64,000 bases of DNA from Clostridia bacterium (GTDB lineage: Bacteria > Bacillota > Clostridia > UMGS1883 > UMGS1540), in the NCBI GenBank assembly GCA_045590155.1, contig JAZNQL010000021.1, forward strand, positions 5,982 through 69,981, given 5' to 3'. Positions 1-9,672 of the stretch are shown piece after piece. The notes under the pieces are model-generated. The model had not been told where the DNA came from. It did not search any database and worked only from the letters and a program-made list of their open reading frames with translations. Position 1 is the first letter of the stretch. Every line of letters starts with the position of its first letter. A program made the position numbers and the translations under genes.

Positions 1-347
1 GAATACCTTCTGTAAACATATACGGTGCGACCATAAGCACGGTTGTATGCCATGTAATAGCATTTTCAATTTCATTTTCGGTGCTTTCGAAAAATATTGA
101 CTTAAAACTTAACCTTGTTAAAAATATATTTAAGCCGCTTGCGGCATCTGTAATAATGGGTGTATGTGCCGTAATTATTTACAGACTGTTATCACTTTTT
201 GCAGAAAATATGGTAGCACTTTTATTGAGTATAGTGCTGTCAGCGATTATATATGTATTGCTTGTACTGGCATTTCGTATCCTCTCGCAGGAAGATGCCG
301 AAATGCTCCCGTTTGCAAGCCGTATTACAAAGAAATTTACAAGATAG
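1..347 (+). CDS. C-terminal fragment of a polytopic membrane protein, possibly a MurJ/SpoVB/Wzx-type polysaccharide flippase. The 5' end lies outside the window.
   Basis: Frame 3 is open from nt 3 to the stop at 347. The translation has several hydrophobic helices and a C-terminal ...EDAEMLPF... tail typical of SpoVB/flippase C-termini. Confidence 0.35.
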   Translation, partial: IPSVNIYGATISTVVCHVIAFSISFSVLSKNIDLKLNLVKNIFKPLAASVIMGVCAVIIYRLLSLFAENMVALLLSIVLSAIIYVLLVLAFRILSQEDAEMLPFASRITKKFTR

Positions 348-356
348 GAGAAAACT

Positions 357-2159
357 ATGCCCGAAAGACAGGATAACATCAGAAATTTTAGTATAATTGC
401 ACATATCGACCACGGCAAATCCACTCTTGCGGACAGGCTTTTGGAGTATACAGGTGTTGTAAGTGAAAGAGATATGGAAAACCAGCTCCTTGACAACATG
501 GACCTTGAGAGAGAAAGAGGAATAACAATTAAAGCAAGAGCGGTAAGGCTTGTTTATAAAAGAGATGACGGGGAATATATTTTAAACCTTATAGATACCC
601 CCGGTCACGTTGACTTTAACTATGAGGTTTCGCGTTCTTTAGCTGCGTGCGAGGGTGCGCTTTTGGTAGTTGACGCAGCCCAGGGCATAGAAGCACAAAC
701 ACTTGCAAATACTTATCTTGCGCTGGAACACGACCTTGAAATACTCCCTGTTATAAACAAAATAGACCTTCCAAGTGCACATCCCGAAGAAGTAAAGCTT
801 GAAATAGAAGATGTTATAGGAATAGATGCAGAGCAAGCACCTTTAATAAGTGCAAAAACAGGTCTTAATGTACCTAGTGTGCTTGATTATATTGTTGACA
901 ATATTCCCGCACCTCACGGCGACGAAAATGCACCTTTAAAAGCTTTGATATTTGACTCGTATTACGATAGTTACCGTGGTGTAATTGTATACGCAAGAAT
1001 AAAAGAAGGAACTTTAAAGGCGGGGGATAAAATACGTTTTATGGCAACGGGAAAGGAATACGATGTTGTTGAAACAGGATATTTAAGTCCTTCAGGAACT
1101 GTTGCGGCAAAAGAAATAAAGGCAGGCGAGGTTGGATATATTGCGGCAAGCATTAAAACTGTAAAGGACGTAAACGTCGGCGATACAGTTACATTGGCAA
1201 CAAACCCCGCAAGCGAGCCTTTGCCTGGATATAAAAAGGTAAACTCTATGGTGTTCTGCGGTATTTACCCTGCTGACGGAGCACATTACGAAGACCTTCG
1301 TGATGCACTTGAAAAACTGCAGTTAAACGATGCGTCGCTTCTTTACGAGCCCGAAACAAGTATTGCGCTCGGATTTGGTTTCAGATGCGGATTTTTAGGG
1401 CTTTTGCATATGGAAATAATACAGGAACGCCTTGAAAGAGAATATAATCTTGACCTTGTTACCACGGCACCCAGCGTTATTTACAAGGTAGTAAAAACCG
1501 ACGGCGAAACTATTATGATAGATAATCCCACAAATCTTCCTGACCCAAGCCAGATAGAGTACATGGAAGAGCCTATTGCTGATGCAAATATTATGGTGCC
1601 CTCGGAATACGTAGGCAGTATTATGGAGCTTTGCAGAGACCGCCGAGGCGACTATAAGGGTATGGAATATATAACAGAAGACAGAGCCGTACTTCATTAC
1701 GACTTACCTTTAAACGAAATCATTTACGACTTTTTTGACGCATTAAAATCAAGAACAAGAGGCTATGCTTCCTTTGATTATGAATTAAAGGGATATGAAA
1801 AGAGTTCGCTTGTAAAGCTTGATATTTTATTGAATGGCGATAACGTTGATGCTTTAAGCTTTATAGTTCATACCGAAAAGGCTTATGCAAGGGCAAGAAA
1901 AATAGCCGAAAAGTTAAAAGAGGTTATTCCAAGACAACTGTTTGAAGTACCCATTCAGGCAGCAATAGGAACTAAAATAATAGCAAGAGAAACCGTAAAA
2001 GCATTAAGAAAAGACGTTTTGGCAAAGTGCTACGGCGGTGACATAAGCCGAAAGAAAAAGCTTCTGGAAAAACAGAAGGAAGGTAAAAAGAGAATGCGCC
2101 AGGTTGGCAGTATAGAAGTACCGCAGGAAGCTTTTATGGCTGTACTTAAACTTGACTGA
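357..2159 (+). CDS. lepA: Elongation factor 4 (LepA)
   Basis: 600 aa. N-terminal [21 protein letters not shown]1 motif, [12 protein letters not shown] motifs. Length and C-terminal LepA domain are typical. Confidence 0.95.
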   Translation: MPERQDNIRNFSIIAHIDHGKSTLADRLLEYTGVVSERDMENQLLDNMDLERERGITIKARAVRLVYKRDDGEYILNLIDTPGHVDFNYEVSRSLAACEGALLVVDAAQGIEAQTLANTYLALEHDLEILPVINKIDLPSAHPEEVKLEIEDVIGIDAEQAPLISAKTGLNVPSVLDYIVDNIPAPHGDENAPLKALIFDSYYDSYRGVIVYARIKEGTLKAGDKIRFMATGKEYDVVETGYLSPSGTVAAKEIKAGEVGYIAASIKTVKDVNVGDTVTLATNPASEPLPGYKKVNSMVFCGIYPADGAHYEDLRDALEKLQLNDASLLYEPETSIALGFGFRCGFLGLLHMEIIQERLEREYNLDLVTTAPSVIYKVVKTDGETIMIDNPTNLPDPSQIEYMEEPIADANIMVPSEYVGSIMELCRDRRGDYKGMEYITEDRAVLHYDLPLNEIIYDFFDALKSRTRGYASFDYELKGYEKSSLVKLDILLNGDNVDALSFIVHTEKAYARARKIAEKLKEVIPRQLFEVPIQAAIGTKIIARETVKALRKDVLAKCYGGDISRKKKLLEKQKEGKKRMRQVGSIEVPQEAFMAVLKLD

Positions 2160-3205
2160 TGAGAGGACTTTATATTCATTTTCCTTTTTGCAAAAAAAAG
2201 TGTGATTATTGTGCTTTTTATTCAAAAAGCGGTGCAGAAGAATATATGGAGGAGTATGCAAAGGCCATTATAAAGGAAATAAAAACATATCCTTCCTGTG
2301 ATATTGACACTTTGTATTTTGGCGGAGGAACGCCCAGTGTTTTACCCGCAAATCTTCTCACACAGATTTTTGAAGAAGCAACAAAACATTTTTCGTTAAA
2401 AGGAACAGAAAATACAATTGAAATAAACCCAAAAACTGCTGATTTTGAAAAGCTTTCAGCTCTTTATAGTGCAGGCTTTAACAGAGTGAGTATAGGAGTG
2501 CAGTCTTTTTTGGATGATGAGCTTGCTCTTTTAGGCAGAATACATACGGGTCTTGATGCACAAAACACAATTTTGGATGCTTTCAGGGCTGGTTTTAACA
2601 ATATATCGGCAGATATAATGCTTGCACTTCCAAATCAAACCAAACAAAAGCTTGATATTACAATAGATAAAATGCTTTCGCTTCCTTTAACCCATATATC
2701 GGCGTATTCACTTTCGATTGAAGAAGGAACACCTTTTTCAAAAAAAGAACTTAATTTGCCAGGCGAAGATGAAGAAAGAGAGCTTTACTGGCACACAGTT
2801 CGGCGTTTTAAAGAAGAAAGTTTTTGCCATTATGAGATTTCAAACTTTGCAAAAAAAGGGAAAGAGGCAGTACATAATAAAAACTATTGGCTGTGTGGAG
2901 AGTATATAGGAATAGGGGCAGGAGCACATTCTTACTTTGATGGAAAACGATACAGTAACCGCGAAAGTATAGAAGAATATATAAAATCCCCCATGCGCGA
3001 AAATATTGAAATAATAGATGAAACTGCAAAAAAGCAGGAATATTATATGCTTGGATTAAGGCTTTTAGAGGGGATAGAAGAAAAAGAACACAAAAATCTT
3101 TTAAAAATGGAAAAGGCAGGTCTTATTGAGAAAAAAGACGGAAAAGTACGCCTTACAAAAAGAGGAATAGATATAGCAAATTACGTTATGGCGGAGCTGA
3201 TGTAA
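2159..3205 (+). CDS. hemW: Radical SAM heme chaperone HemW (HemN-like coproporphyrinogen III oxidase family)
   Basis: 348 aa. Starts [20 protein letters not shown] (CxxxCxxC radical SAM). The ATG overlaps the lepA stop (TGATG). The lepA-hemW pair is conserved. Confidence 0.85.
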   Translation: MRGLYIHFPFCKKKCDYCAFYSKSGAEEYMEEYAKAIIKEIKTYPSCDIDTLYFGGGTPSVLPANLLTQIFEEATKHFSLKGTENTIEINPKTADFEKLSALYSAGFNRVSIGVQSFLDDELALLGRIHTGLDAQNTILDAFRAGFNNISADIMLALPNQTKQKLDITIDKMLSLPLTHISAYSLSIEEGTPFSKKELNLPGEDEERELYWHTVRRFKEESFCHYEISNFAKKGKEAVHNKNYWLCGEYIGIGAGAHSYFDGKRYSNRESIEEYIKSPMRENIEIIDETAKKQEYYMLGLRLLEGIEEKEHKNLLKMEKAGLIEKKDGKVRLTKRGIDIANYVMAELM

Positions 3206-3652
3206 ATGGATGTATATTCTGATGCACTTAAAATAATTCTCGCAAAAAGAAGAACAAAAAAAGAGGTGTATCTGCTTTTGTTAAAAAAGGGATATGAAGA
3301 GCAGGATGCACAAAATGCCGTAGAGTATTATGAGGAAAGAGAGTATATTGACGATGCCGATTATGCAAGAAGATATGCGCACGATGCGGCAAAAATCGGC
3401 GGTAAAGGCAGAAACAGAATAGAACGTGAGCTTTTAGAAAAAGGCGTTTTGGAGGAATACATTTTTAAAGCCTTTGAAGAAATTGAATTTGACGTAAAAG
3501 AAAAAATGCATAAAAAGTTCGGCGAAGGTACAATAGATTTAAAAACTTGCGAAAAAATTAAAAATCACTTTTTAAGAAAGGGATTTACCTACGAAGAAAT
3601 AAACAGAGCTGTAAGCGAACTTTATACTGTAAAGAGGGACTTTGAATGTTGA
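3206..3652 (+). CDS. recX: RecX family regulatory protein
   Basis: 148 aa with repeated three-helix motifs (…YIDDADYARRYAHDAAKIGGKGRNRIERELLEKGV…). The final F-T/YEEI repeat is typical of RecX. Confidence 0.6.
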   Translation: MDVYSDALKIILAKRRTKKEVYLLLLKKGYEEQDAQNAVEYYEEREYIDDADYARRYAHDAAKIGGKGRNRIERELLEKGVLEEYIFKAFEEIEFDVKEKMHKKFGEGTIDLKTCEKIKNHFLRKGFTYEEINRAVSELYTVKRDFEC

Positions 3653-4941
3653 AAGTATGTTTTATATCGCTTGGGTGTCCGAAAAATCTTGTGGACTCCG
3701 AAATAATGGTAGCACTTGTAAAAAAAGCAGGGTACGAGGTTGTAGCAGCCGAAGCGCTTGCGGATATCATAGTTATAAACACCTGTGCTTTTATAGACAG
3801 TGCCAAGGAAGAAGCAATAAACACAATTTTAGAGGCAGCAGAGTACAAAAAATCAAACTGCAAAAGAATTGTTGTTACGGGCTGTCTTGCAGAACGCTAC
3901 CGTGACGAAATATTAAAAGAACTGCCCGAGGTTGATGCGATAGTAGGAGTAAATTCATTTTATGATATAGTGGCGGCAATAGAAGGGGAAACGAGGATTA
4001 TTGCCCCTCCTGAAAAAGAGTGTGTTGAAGGCTTTGAAAGGGTAATTGCAACACCACCGTATACTGCATATTTAAAAATAGCCGAAGGCTGTGACAATAA
4101 ATGTACTTATTGTGCAATTCCTTCAATAAGAGGACCATACAGAAGCCGAAGGATGGAAAATATAATTGAAGAAGCAAAGAAGCTTTATAAAGACGGGGTA
4201 AAAGAAGTTATTTTAATAGCACAGGATACGACCTACTACGGCACCGATATTTACGGAAAACCAATGCTTTCGGAGCTTTTGAATAAAATTTCCGAGATAG
4301 GGTTTACCTGGGTAAGAGTTTTATATACATATCCAGAACTTATAGATGACGAGCTTCTTGATACCGTAGCAAATCACGAAAATATTGTAAAATATTTTGA
4401 TATACCGATTCAACATATATCAAGCGCTGTTTTAAAGAGAATGGGAAGAAAGAGCACAGAAGAAAGTATATATGCTCTGATAGAAAAAATAAAGAAAAAA
4501 ATTCCTGATGTTACATTGCGGACATCTCTTATAGTAGGATTCTCGGGCGAGACCGAAGAAGATTTTGAAAAGCTTTGCCTCTTTGTAAAAACGGCAGAGT
4601 TTGACAGACTTGGAGTTTTTGAATATTCAAGAGAAGAAGGAACTCCGGCATATAGGCTAAAAGATATAGTGGATGACGAAACAAAGGCTTACAGAAGAAA
4701 TCTTATAATGGATATACAAAGCCGAGTGTCATACCAGAAAAATCTTAAAAAAACAGGTAAGGAAATCACAGTTTTATGTGAAGGAGTACAGGACGGATAC
4801 GCATACGCCCGCTCGTGTGCAGACGCCCCCGATGTTGACGGACTTGTTTATTTTAAATCCGACTCGGCAAAGCCGGGCGATTTTATAAAAGTTAAAATTA
4901 CAGCAGCAGAAGAATATGATTTAACAGGAGAACAGTTATGA
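3646..4941 (+). CDS. rimO: Ribosomal protein S12 methylthiotransferase RimO
   Basis: 431 aa. N-terminal MTTase domain (KVCFISLGCPKNLVDSE), radical SAM CxxxCxxC (EGCDNKCTYCAIP) and a C-terminal TRAM domain. Confidence 0.85.
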   Translation: MLKVCFISLGCPKNLVDSEIMVALVKKAGYEVVAAEALADIIVINTCAFIDSAKEEAINTILEAAEYKKSNCKRIVVTGCLAERYRDEILKELPEVDAIVGVNSFYDIVAAIEGETRIIAPPEKECVEGFERVIATPPYTAYLKIAEGCDNKCTYCAIPSIRGPYRSRRMENIIEEAKKLYKDGVKEVILIAQDTTYYGTDIYGKPMLSELLNKISEIGFTWVRVLYTYPELIDDELLDTVANHENIVKYFDIPIQHISSAVLKRMGRKSTEESIYALIEKIKKKIPDVTLRTSLIVGFSGETEEDFEKLCLFVKTAEFDRLGVFEYSREEGTPAYRLKDIVDDETKAYRRNLIMDIQSRVSYQKNLKKTGKEITVLCEGVQDGYAYARSCADAPDVDGLVYFKSDSAKPGDFIKVKITAAEEYDLTGEQL

Positions 4942-5462
4942 ATTTACCAAACAAATTAACAATTGTAAGAGCAATAATGATACCCCTTTTTATGTGTGCC
5001 TATATTTACATTGACACCGTAGCAGGAAAATGGATTGCAGCTGCATTATTTGCACTGGCTTCTTTTACCGACTTTTTGGACGGTTATTTAGCAAGAAGAG
5101 ACAATCTTGTAACAGACTTTGGCAAATTTATGGACCCGCTTGCCGATAAGCTTATGGTAACAGGAGCACTTTTATGCCTTCTGGCAGACGGAGTAATAGG
5201 CACATGGGTTACTATGATTATTTTGGCACGTGAATTTATTGTTACAGGGATAAGACTTGTAGGTGCATCAAAGGGCAGAGTAATTGCGGCAGGTAAGCTT
5301 GGAAAGCTTAAAACAGTTATACAGATAATTTCTGTTATAGCTGCGATTTTACTCGGAGCGGGAATAATCACTGACATTCTTATGTATGTTTCTGCATTGA
5401 TTACCCTTGTTTCTGGAATAAACTACATAGTTTTAAATAAAGATATAATAAGTGAGTGCTAA
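4938..5462 (+). CDS. pgsA: CDP-diacylglycerol--glycerol-3-phosphate 3-phosphatidyltransferase
   Basis: 174 aa. PNxLTxxR start (MNLPNKLTIVRAIMIPLF) and a CDP-alcohol phosphatidyltransferase motif DFLDGYLARR...DPLADK. Confidence 0.85.
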   Translation: MNLPNKLTIVRAIMIPLFMCAYIYIDTVAGKWIAAALFALASFTDFLDGYLARRDNLVTDFGKFMDPLADKLMVTGALLCLLADGVIGTWVTMIILAREFIVTGIRLVGASKGRVIAAGKLGKLKTVIQIISVIAAILLGAGIITDILMYVSALITLVSGINYIVLNKDIISEC

Positions 5463-5481
5463 TTTTAAAAGGTGTTATTTT

Positions 5482-6999
5482 ATGAAAAAAATTATATGCT
5501 TAATACTTGCAACAGCACTGGTTATATTTTTGTGTCCTGCTGCATTGGCAGAGCAGGATGTTATTGAGATAATCGATGCTGCAACAGGTCTTATATATAC
5601 TCCAAATGGGGAAATAACAGGAATAGCTGAAGGAATTACCGATATATGTATACCTTCAAAAATAAACGGTACACAAATAACTTCCATTGCACAGGAAGCG
5701 TTTTCAGAAAACGAATACCTTCTTAATGTAAGTATAGAAGAAGGTATTTGTAAAATAGGAGACTTTGCTTTTAGCGGTTGCACAAATCTTCAAAGTGTTA
5801 TATTGTCTAAAACCGTTACAAGCATAGGAACAGGAGCATTTTACGAATGCCCCTCACTTTTTACGGTAAACATTCCTGATAAAATAGAAATAATACCGCA
5901 GTCGCTTTTTTACAACTGTACAAGTCTTGCAGTTGTAAATTTGCCAAAGAGTGTAAAAATTATATATGATTTTGCATTTTTCGGTTGCACAAATCTTCGC
6001 AGTATGGTTTTCCCTGAAGGAGTTACTGCCATAGGAAAAGAAGCATTTTTCGGTTGCAGTGCACTTGAAAATATTTATGTATCTTCAACAGTAACAAACA
6101 TAGGCGAAAATGCATTTACATATTGCACCGCCTTAAAGAGTATTGAAGTAGACGAAGATAATGCTTCCTACCAAAGCGACGGTAAGGCGTTGTTTTCAAA
6201 TAACGGGCAAACCCTTATTCAGTATGCACTCGCGGTTTCGGATTCAAGCTATACAATCCCCGAAAATGTTGACAATATACTTGAATATGCTTTTGTTGCA
6301 AATCAGAATCTTGTAACAATAAACCTTAACAATGTACAGAGAATAGGTGAATATGCCTTTTTTGAATCAAACCTTTTAAACCGCCTTTCAATACCAAAAA
6401 CAGTATCCGAAATAGGCGAAGGTGCGTTTTCGTCGTGCTATAATCTAACATCTGTTATATTCTGCGGCAAAACAGCTATAATAAATTCAAACGCTTTTGC
6501 TGATGATTATAAGCTTGAAAATGTTATATTTTATCAGAATCCCGATATTGTGGGAGAAAATATATTTGAAAACGATTTGGGAGTAACTTTGTTCAGTAAG
6601 GATATAACCTTCTGGCAAACCTGTAATTGTGCAGAGCTTTTAAGACTTGAAAAGCTTATACAGGTTTTTGTGAACGGAGAAGAAATAATGTTTGACGTTC
6701 CTCCTAAGATAGAAAATGGACGTACACTTGTGCCCATGCGTGCAATATTCGAGGCACTTGGAGCCGAGGTGTTATGGGACGATACAACAAAAACCGTAAC
6801 AGCAAAAAAAGGCGATAACACAGTAGTTCTAACAATAGGAGAGAATATTCTTTATAAAAACTCAAGCGCAGTAGTTTTAGATACTCCTGCAAAAATAGAA
6901 AATTCAAGAACTATAGTCCCTGTAAGAGCAGTTAGCGAAGGCTTGTCATGTTTTGTATCTTGGGACGATGCTACAAGGAGTGTAATAATAACCGAATAA
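5482..6999 (+). CDS. Secreted cell-surface protein with BspA-type leucine-rich repeats and a C-terminal Cu-amine-oxidase-N-like stalk domain pair
   Basis: Signal peptide (MKKIICLILATALVIFLCPAALA). About 20 aa repeats of the form FxGCTNLxSVxxPxxVTSIGxxAF (LRR_5/BspA type). The C-terminus has two copies of …NG(R)TLVPMRAIFEALGAEV.WDD.T(K/R)… (copper amine oxidase N-terminal-like domain). Start chosen at the internal Met of the 5452 ORF. Confidence 0.7.
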   Translation: MKKIICLILATALVIFLCPAALAEQDVIEIIDAATGLIYTPNGEITGIAEGITDICIPSKINGTQITSIAQEAFSENEYLLNVSIEEGICKIGDFAFSGCTNLQSVILSKTVTSIGTGAFYECPSLFTVNIPDKIEIIPQSLFYNCTSLAVVNLPKSVKIIYDFAFFGCTNLRSMVFPEGVTAIGKEAFFGCSALENIYVSSTVTNIGENAFTYCTALKSIEVDEDNASYQSDGKALFSNNGQTLIQYALAVSDSSYTIPENVDNILEYAFVANQNLVTINLNNVQRIGEYAFFESNLLNRLSIPKTVSEIGEGAFSSCYNLTSVIFCGKTAIINSNAFADDYKLENVIFYQNPDIVGENIFENDLGVTLFSKDITFWQTCNCAELLRLEKLIQVFVNGEEIMFDVPPKIENGRTLVPMRAIFEALGAEVLWDDTTKTVTAKKGDNTVVLTIGENILYKNSSAVVLDTPAKIENSRTIVPVRAVSEGLSCFVSWDDATRSVIITE

Positions 7000-7003
7000 T
7001 GTT

Positions 7004-7822
7004 ATGTTAAAATTATACAGAAAATATACTGAAATTTTAACAAAAGCCAAAAAAGACCGGGTTTCGGCATACGCCGGTCAATCAACTTTTTTTATACTGA
7101 TATCGTTATTTCCGTTTGTAATGCTTTTAATGACTTTTTTGCATTATCTGCCTGCCGACAGCATAATTTTAACCCTTCTTACAAAAGAGTTTCTGCCGGG
7201 CGGAGTATCAGATTTTGCGGCAGAAATTTTAGAAGAAATAAGAGGTCTTTCAAAAACAACTGCAATACTTTCTTTAACATCTGTTACGGCACTTTGGGCG
7301 GCGTCTGCAGGAGTTTTGGCGATAATCAGGGCGTTAAATGCTATAAACGGAAACGAAGACAGACAAAATTATTTTATTATGAGAGCAAAAGCAGTATTTT
7401 ATGCTCTTGCATTTGCTTTGATAATTGCAACAGTGCTTTTAGTTTTAACATTCGGAAACACTGTGTTTATGTTTATAACAGTGCTTGATGAAATGACTTT
7501 TTTAACAAGCTTTTTGCGTGTGGGGGCAATCTTTTTACTGCTTACAATATTTTTTGCATTTATATATTCCCGTGTTCCAAAAAACAAACCTAAAATAAAA
7601 ACACAGCTTCCCGGTGCAGTTTTATGTGCCTGTATATGGATAGTTTTTTCGTTTTTATATTCTCTTTATATAAGCTATATGGGAATATACTCAAAAACCT
7701 ACGGTAGCCTTACGGCAGCAGTTTTACTTATGCTGTGGCTGTATTATTGTATATATTTTATGCTTATGTGCGCCGAAGTAAACGGCGTAATACTCGAAGG
7801 ACAAAACAATGAAAAAAAATAA
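7004..7822 (+). CDS. yihY: YihY/BrkB (virulence factor BrkB, RNase BN-like) family membrane protein
   Basis: 272 aa with 6 predicted TM helices. N-terminal ...AYAGQSTFFILISLFPFVMLL motif is characteristic of the YihY family. Confidence 0.65.
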   Translation: MLKLYRKYTEILTKAKKDRVSAYAGQSTFFILISLFPFVMLLMTFLHYLPADSIILTLLTKEFLPGGVSDFAAEILEEIRGLSKTTAILSLTSVTALWAASAGVLAIIRALNAINGNEDRQNYFIMRAKAVFYALAFALIIATVLLVLTFGNTVFMFITVLDEMTFLTSFLRVGAIFLLLTIFFAFIYSRVPKNKPKIKTQLPGAVLCACIWIVFSFLYSLYISYMGIYSKTYGSLTAAVLLMLWLYYCIYFMLMCAEVNGVILEGQNNEKK

Positions 7823-9623
7823 ACTTAATCCCATTTTAACAATAGCAATACTTTCGTGTCTTTTGTATATTTATCAAAGCCTTGTTCAAAGCGGCTTTGG
7901 AGATACTTTTAAGACACAACTTGAGGTACCTTGGATAATTTTGCTGAATATTCTGCCCATATTTTTGATTATGAGCTTTTTGTATTTTATATTCAACAGA
8001 ATATGGGCGGCTTTTTTATGCACAGGACTGCCTCTTACCTTGTTACTCATTGTAAATGACTACAAAATATTTTTCCGTGACGAGCCCTTAAGACCCGCGG
8101 ATTTAGGTCTTGTGCGCGAAACTGCAGGAATAATGGAAAATTACAGACTGGAAATAAGATGGGGCGTTTTTATTCCCACAATTATTTTACTGGCTCTTAT
8201 TTTCATAGTTTTTAAGTTTGTGCATGAAAAAAAGGTTAACTTATTAACCCGCGTAATAGGTATGGTTTTGGTTCCTTTAATTTTTGCGGGAGCATATACT
8301 GCTTTTTACCATGACAATAAGCTTGGAGAAACAACCCCTGCTTTAGCAGAAGAATACCACGAGGTAGACCGCTCGGAAAAGCAAGGCTATATGTTTTATT
8401 TTCTGTCAAGCTTTTCAAAATCTGAATATAAAATGCCAGAAGGTTATACAGATGAAACGGTGAACGAACTTCTCAGTTCCTATAAAGACGAAGATGACGA
8501 AAAGAAAGTTAATGTAATAGCAATTATGAGCGAGGCATTCTCCGATTTATCTGGGGCCGAAAATCTTGAGTTTGAAGATGATTTTAATCCTCTTATAAAC
8601 ATACAAAAGCTCCGCAAAGAGGGCATGTGGGGAAATATAGTTGTTAACGGCTTTGGCGGTGGAACCTCTTATACTGAATTTGAATTTTTAACAGGCGCAA
8701 GTCCTTATCTTATAGATCAGGCGATGCCTGAAATGTATAAAACTTATATTACATCACGCGCATATTCTTTGGCACAGGCTTTTTCTGATATGGGCTACAC
8801 AAGCGAAGGAATGCACCCCGGCCATGCATGGTTTTATAACAGACAGAATGTTTATCTTCACATGGGGTTTGAGAAGTTTATAAGCGATAATGTGCTTGAT
8901 ACAAAAAAGCTTTCGCAAACAAATTATTATATAAATGACTCGGAAACGGGCAGAATAATAAAAGAAATGTACGAAAGTCATAAAGAAGAAAATCCGGATA
9001 CCCCTTATTTTAATTTTACTGTAACATTGCAAAATCACGGTCCGTATATGGATTACGAAACCGAGAGGGGAACAGTTTTAGAACGTCCAGAAGATATAAG
9101 TGACGAGCTTTATTATACCTTAAACAATTACTTTTTAGGCCTTTCTGATGCTGATGCAATGCTTGGAGATCTTGCTGAATATTTTAACAAAAAAGAGGAA
9201 CCTGTTGTAATTGTTTTCTTTGGAGACCATCTTCCTTATATTGATGCTGAGGGCGAAGGATTTAAAGCGATAGGATATGACATATCTGCCGATACGCTTG
9301 AAGGATTAAAAAGACATTATTCTGTTCCCTATGTAATATGGGGGAATGATTCCTTCAGAAAAACGGGAGGAAAAAGAGGCGAGCAACAAGATATATCGGC
9401 AAACTTTTTATCTGTAAAGCTTTTTGATTACATAGGAATTCAAAAGCCGAGATATTTTCAGTTTTTATCTGACGTAGAAAAAGAAATGAATGTAATTTCG
9501 TCGCACTTTTTTGAACAAGACGGGGAAGTTTTAAGAGAAATTCCCGAAGAAAGTAAGAATTTAATTACGAATTATCAATATTTGCAATACTATAATATTG
9601 TCAGATTTAAAAATTTAGGTTGA
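7809..9623 (+). CDS. LTA-synthase/sulfatase-family membrane protein (phosphoglycerol or phosphoethanolamine transferase-like)
   Basis: 604 aa. About 5 N-terminal TM helices followed by a large extracytoplasmic alkaline-phosphatase-superfamily-like domain (…NGFGGGTSYTEFEFLTG…, …GDHLPY…). Confidence 0.5.
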   Translation: MKKNKLNPILTIAILSCLLYIYQSLVQSGFGDTFKTQLEVPWIILLNILPIFLIMSFLYFIFNRIWAAFLCTGLPLTLLLIVNDYKIFFRDEPLRPADLGLVRETAGIMENYRLEIRWGVFIPTIILLALIFIVFKFVHEKKVNLLTRVIGMVLVPLIFAGAYTAFYHDNKLGETTPALAEEYHEVDRSEKQGYMFYFLSSFSKSEYKMPEGYTDETVNELLSSYKDEDDEKKVNVIAIMSEAFSDLSGAENLEFEDDFNPLINIQKLRKEGMWGNIVVNGFGGGTSYTEFEFLTGASPYLIDQAMPEMYKTYITSRAYSLAQAFSDMGYTSEGMHPGHAWFYNRQNVYLHMGFEKFISDNVLDTKKLSQTNYYINDSETGRIIKEMYESHKEENPDTPYFNFTVTLQNHGPYMDYETERGTVLERPEDISDELYYTLNNYFLGLSDADAMLGDLAEYFNKKEEPVVIVFFGDHLPYIDAEGEGFKAIGYDISADTLEGLKRHYSVPYVIWGNDSFRKTGGKRGEQQDISANFLSVKLFDYIGIQKPRYFQFLSDVEKEMNVISSHFFEQDGEVLREIPEESKNLITNYQYLQYYNIVRFKNLG

Positions 9624-9648
9624 CATTTTATCCCTTATATACGATAAT
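9620..9648 (+). promoter_or_regulatory. Sigma-A-type promoter upstream of murD (TTGACA-17-GATAAT)
   Basis: TTGACA at 9620-9625, 17-nt spacer, GATAAT at 9643-9648. murD begins 25 nt downstream. Confidence 0.4.
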
Positions 9649-9672
9649 ATAGTTATTAGAGGTGAAACGTAT

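Noticed and set aside
179-499. Antisense ORFs overlapping confirmed genes, for example 179-499(-), 639-836(-), 1395-1697(-), 13982-14167(+), 26647-26850(+), 47053-47292(+), 52528-52719(-), 59754-59996(+).
   Set aside because: They lie entirely within, and antisense to or out of frame with, strongly supported conserved genes. They have no RBS and low-complexity translations, so they are shadow ORFs.
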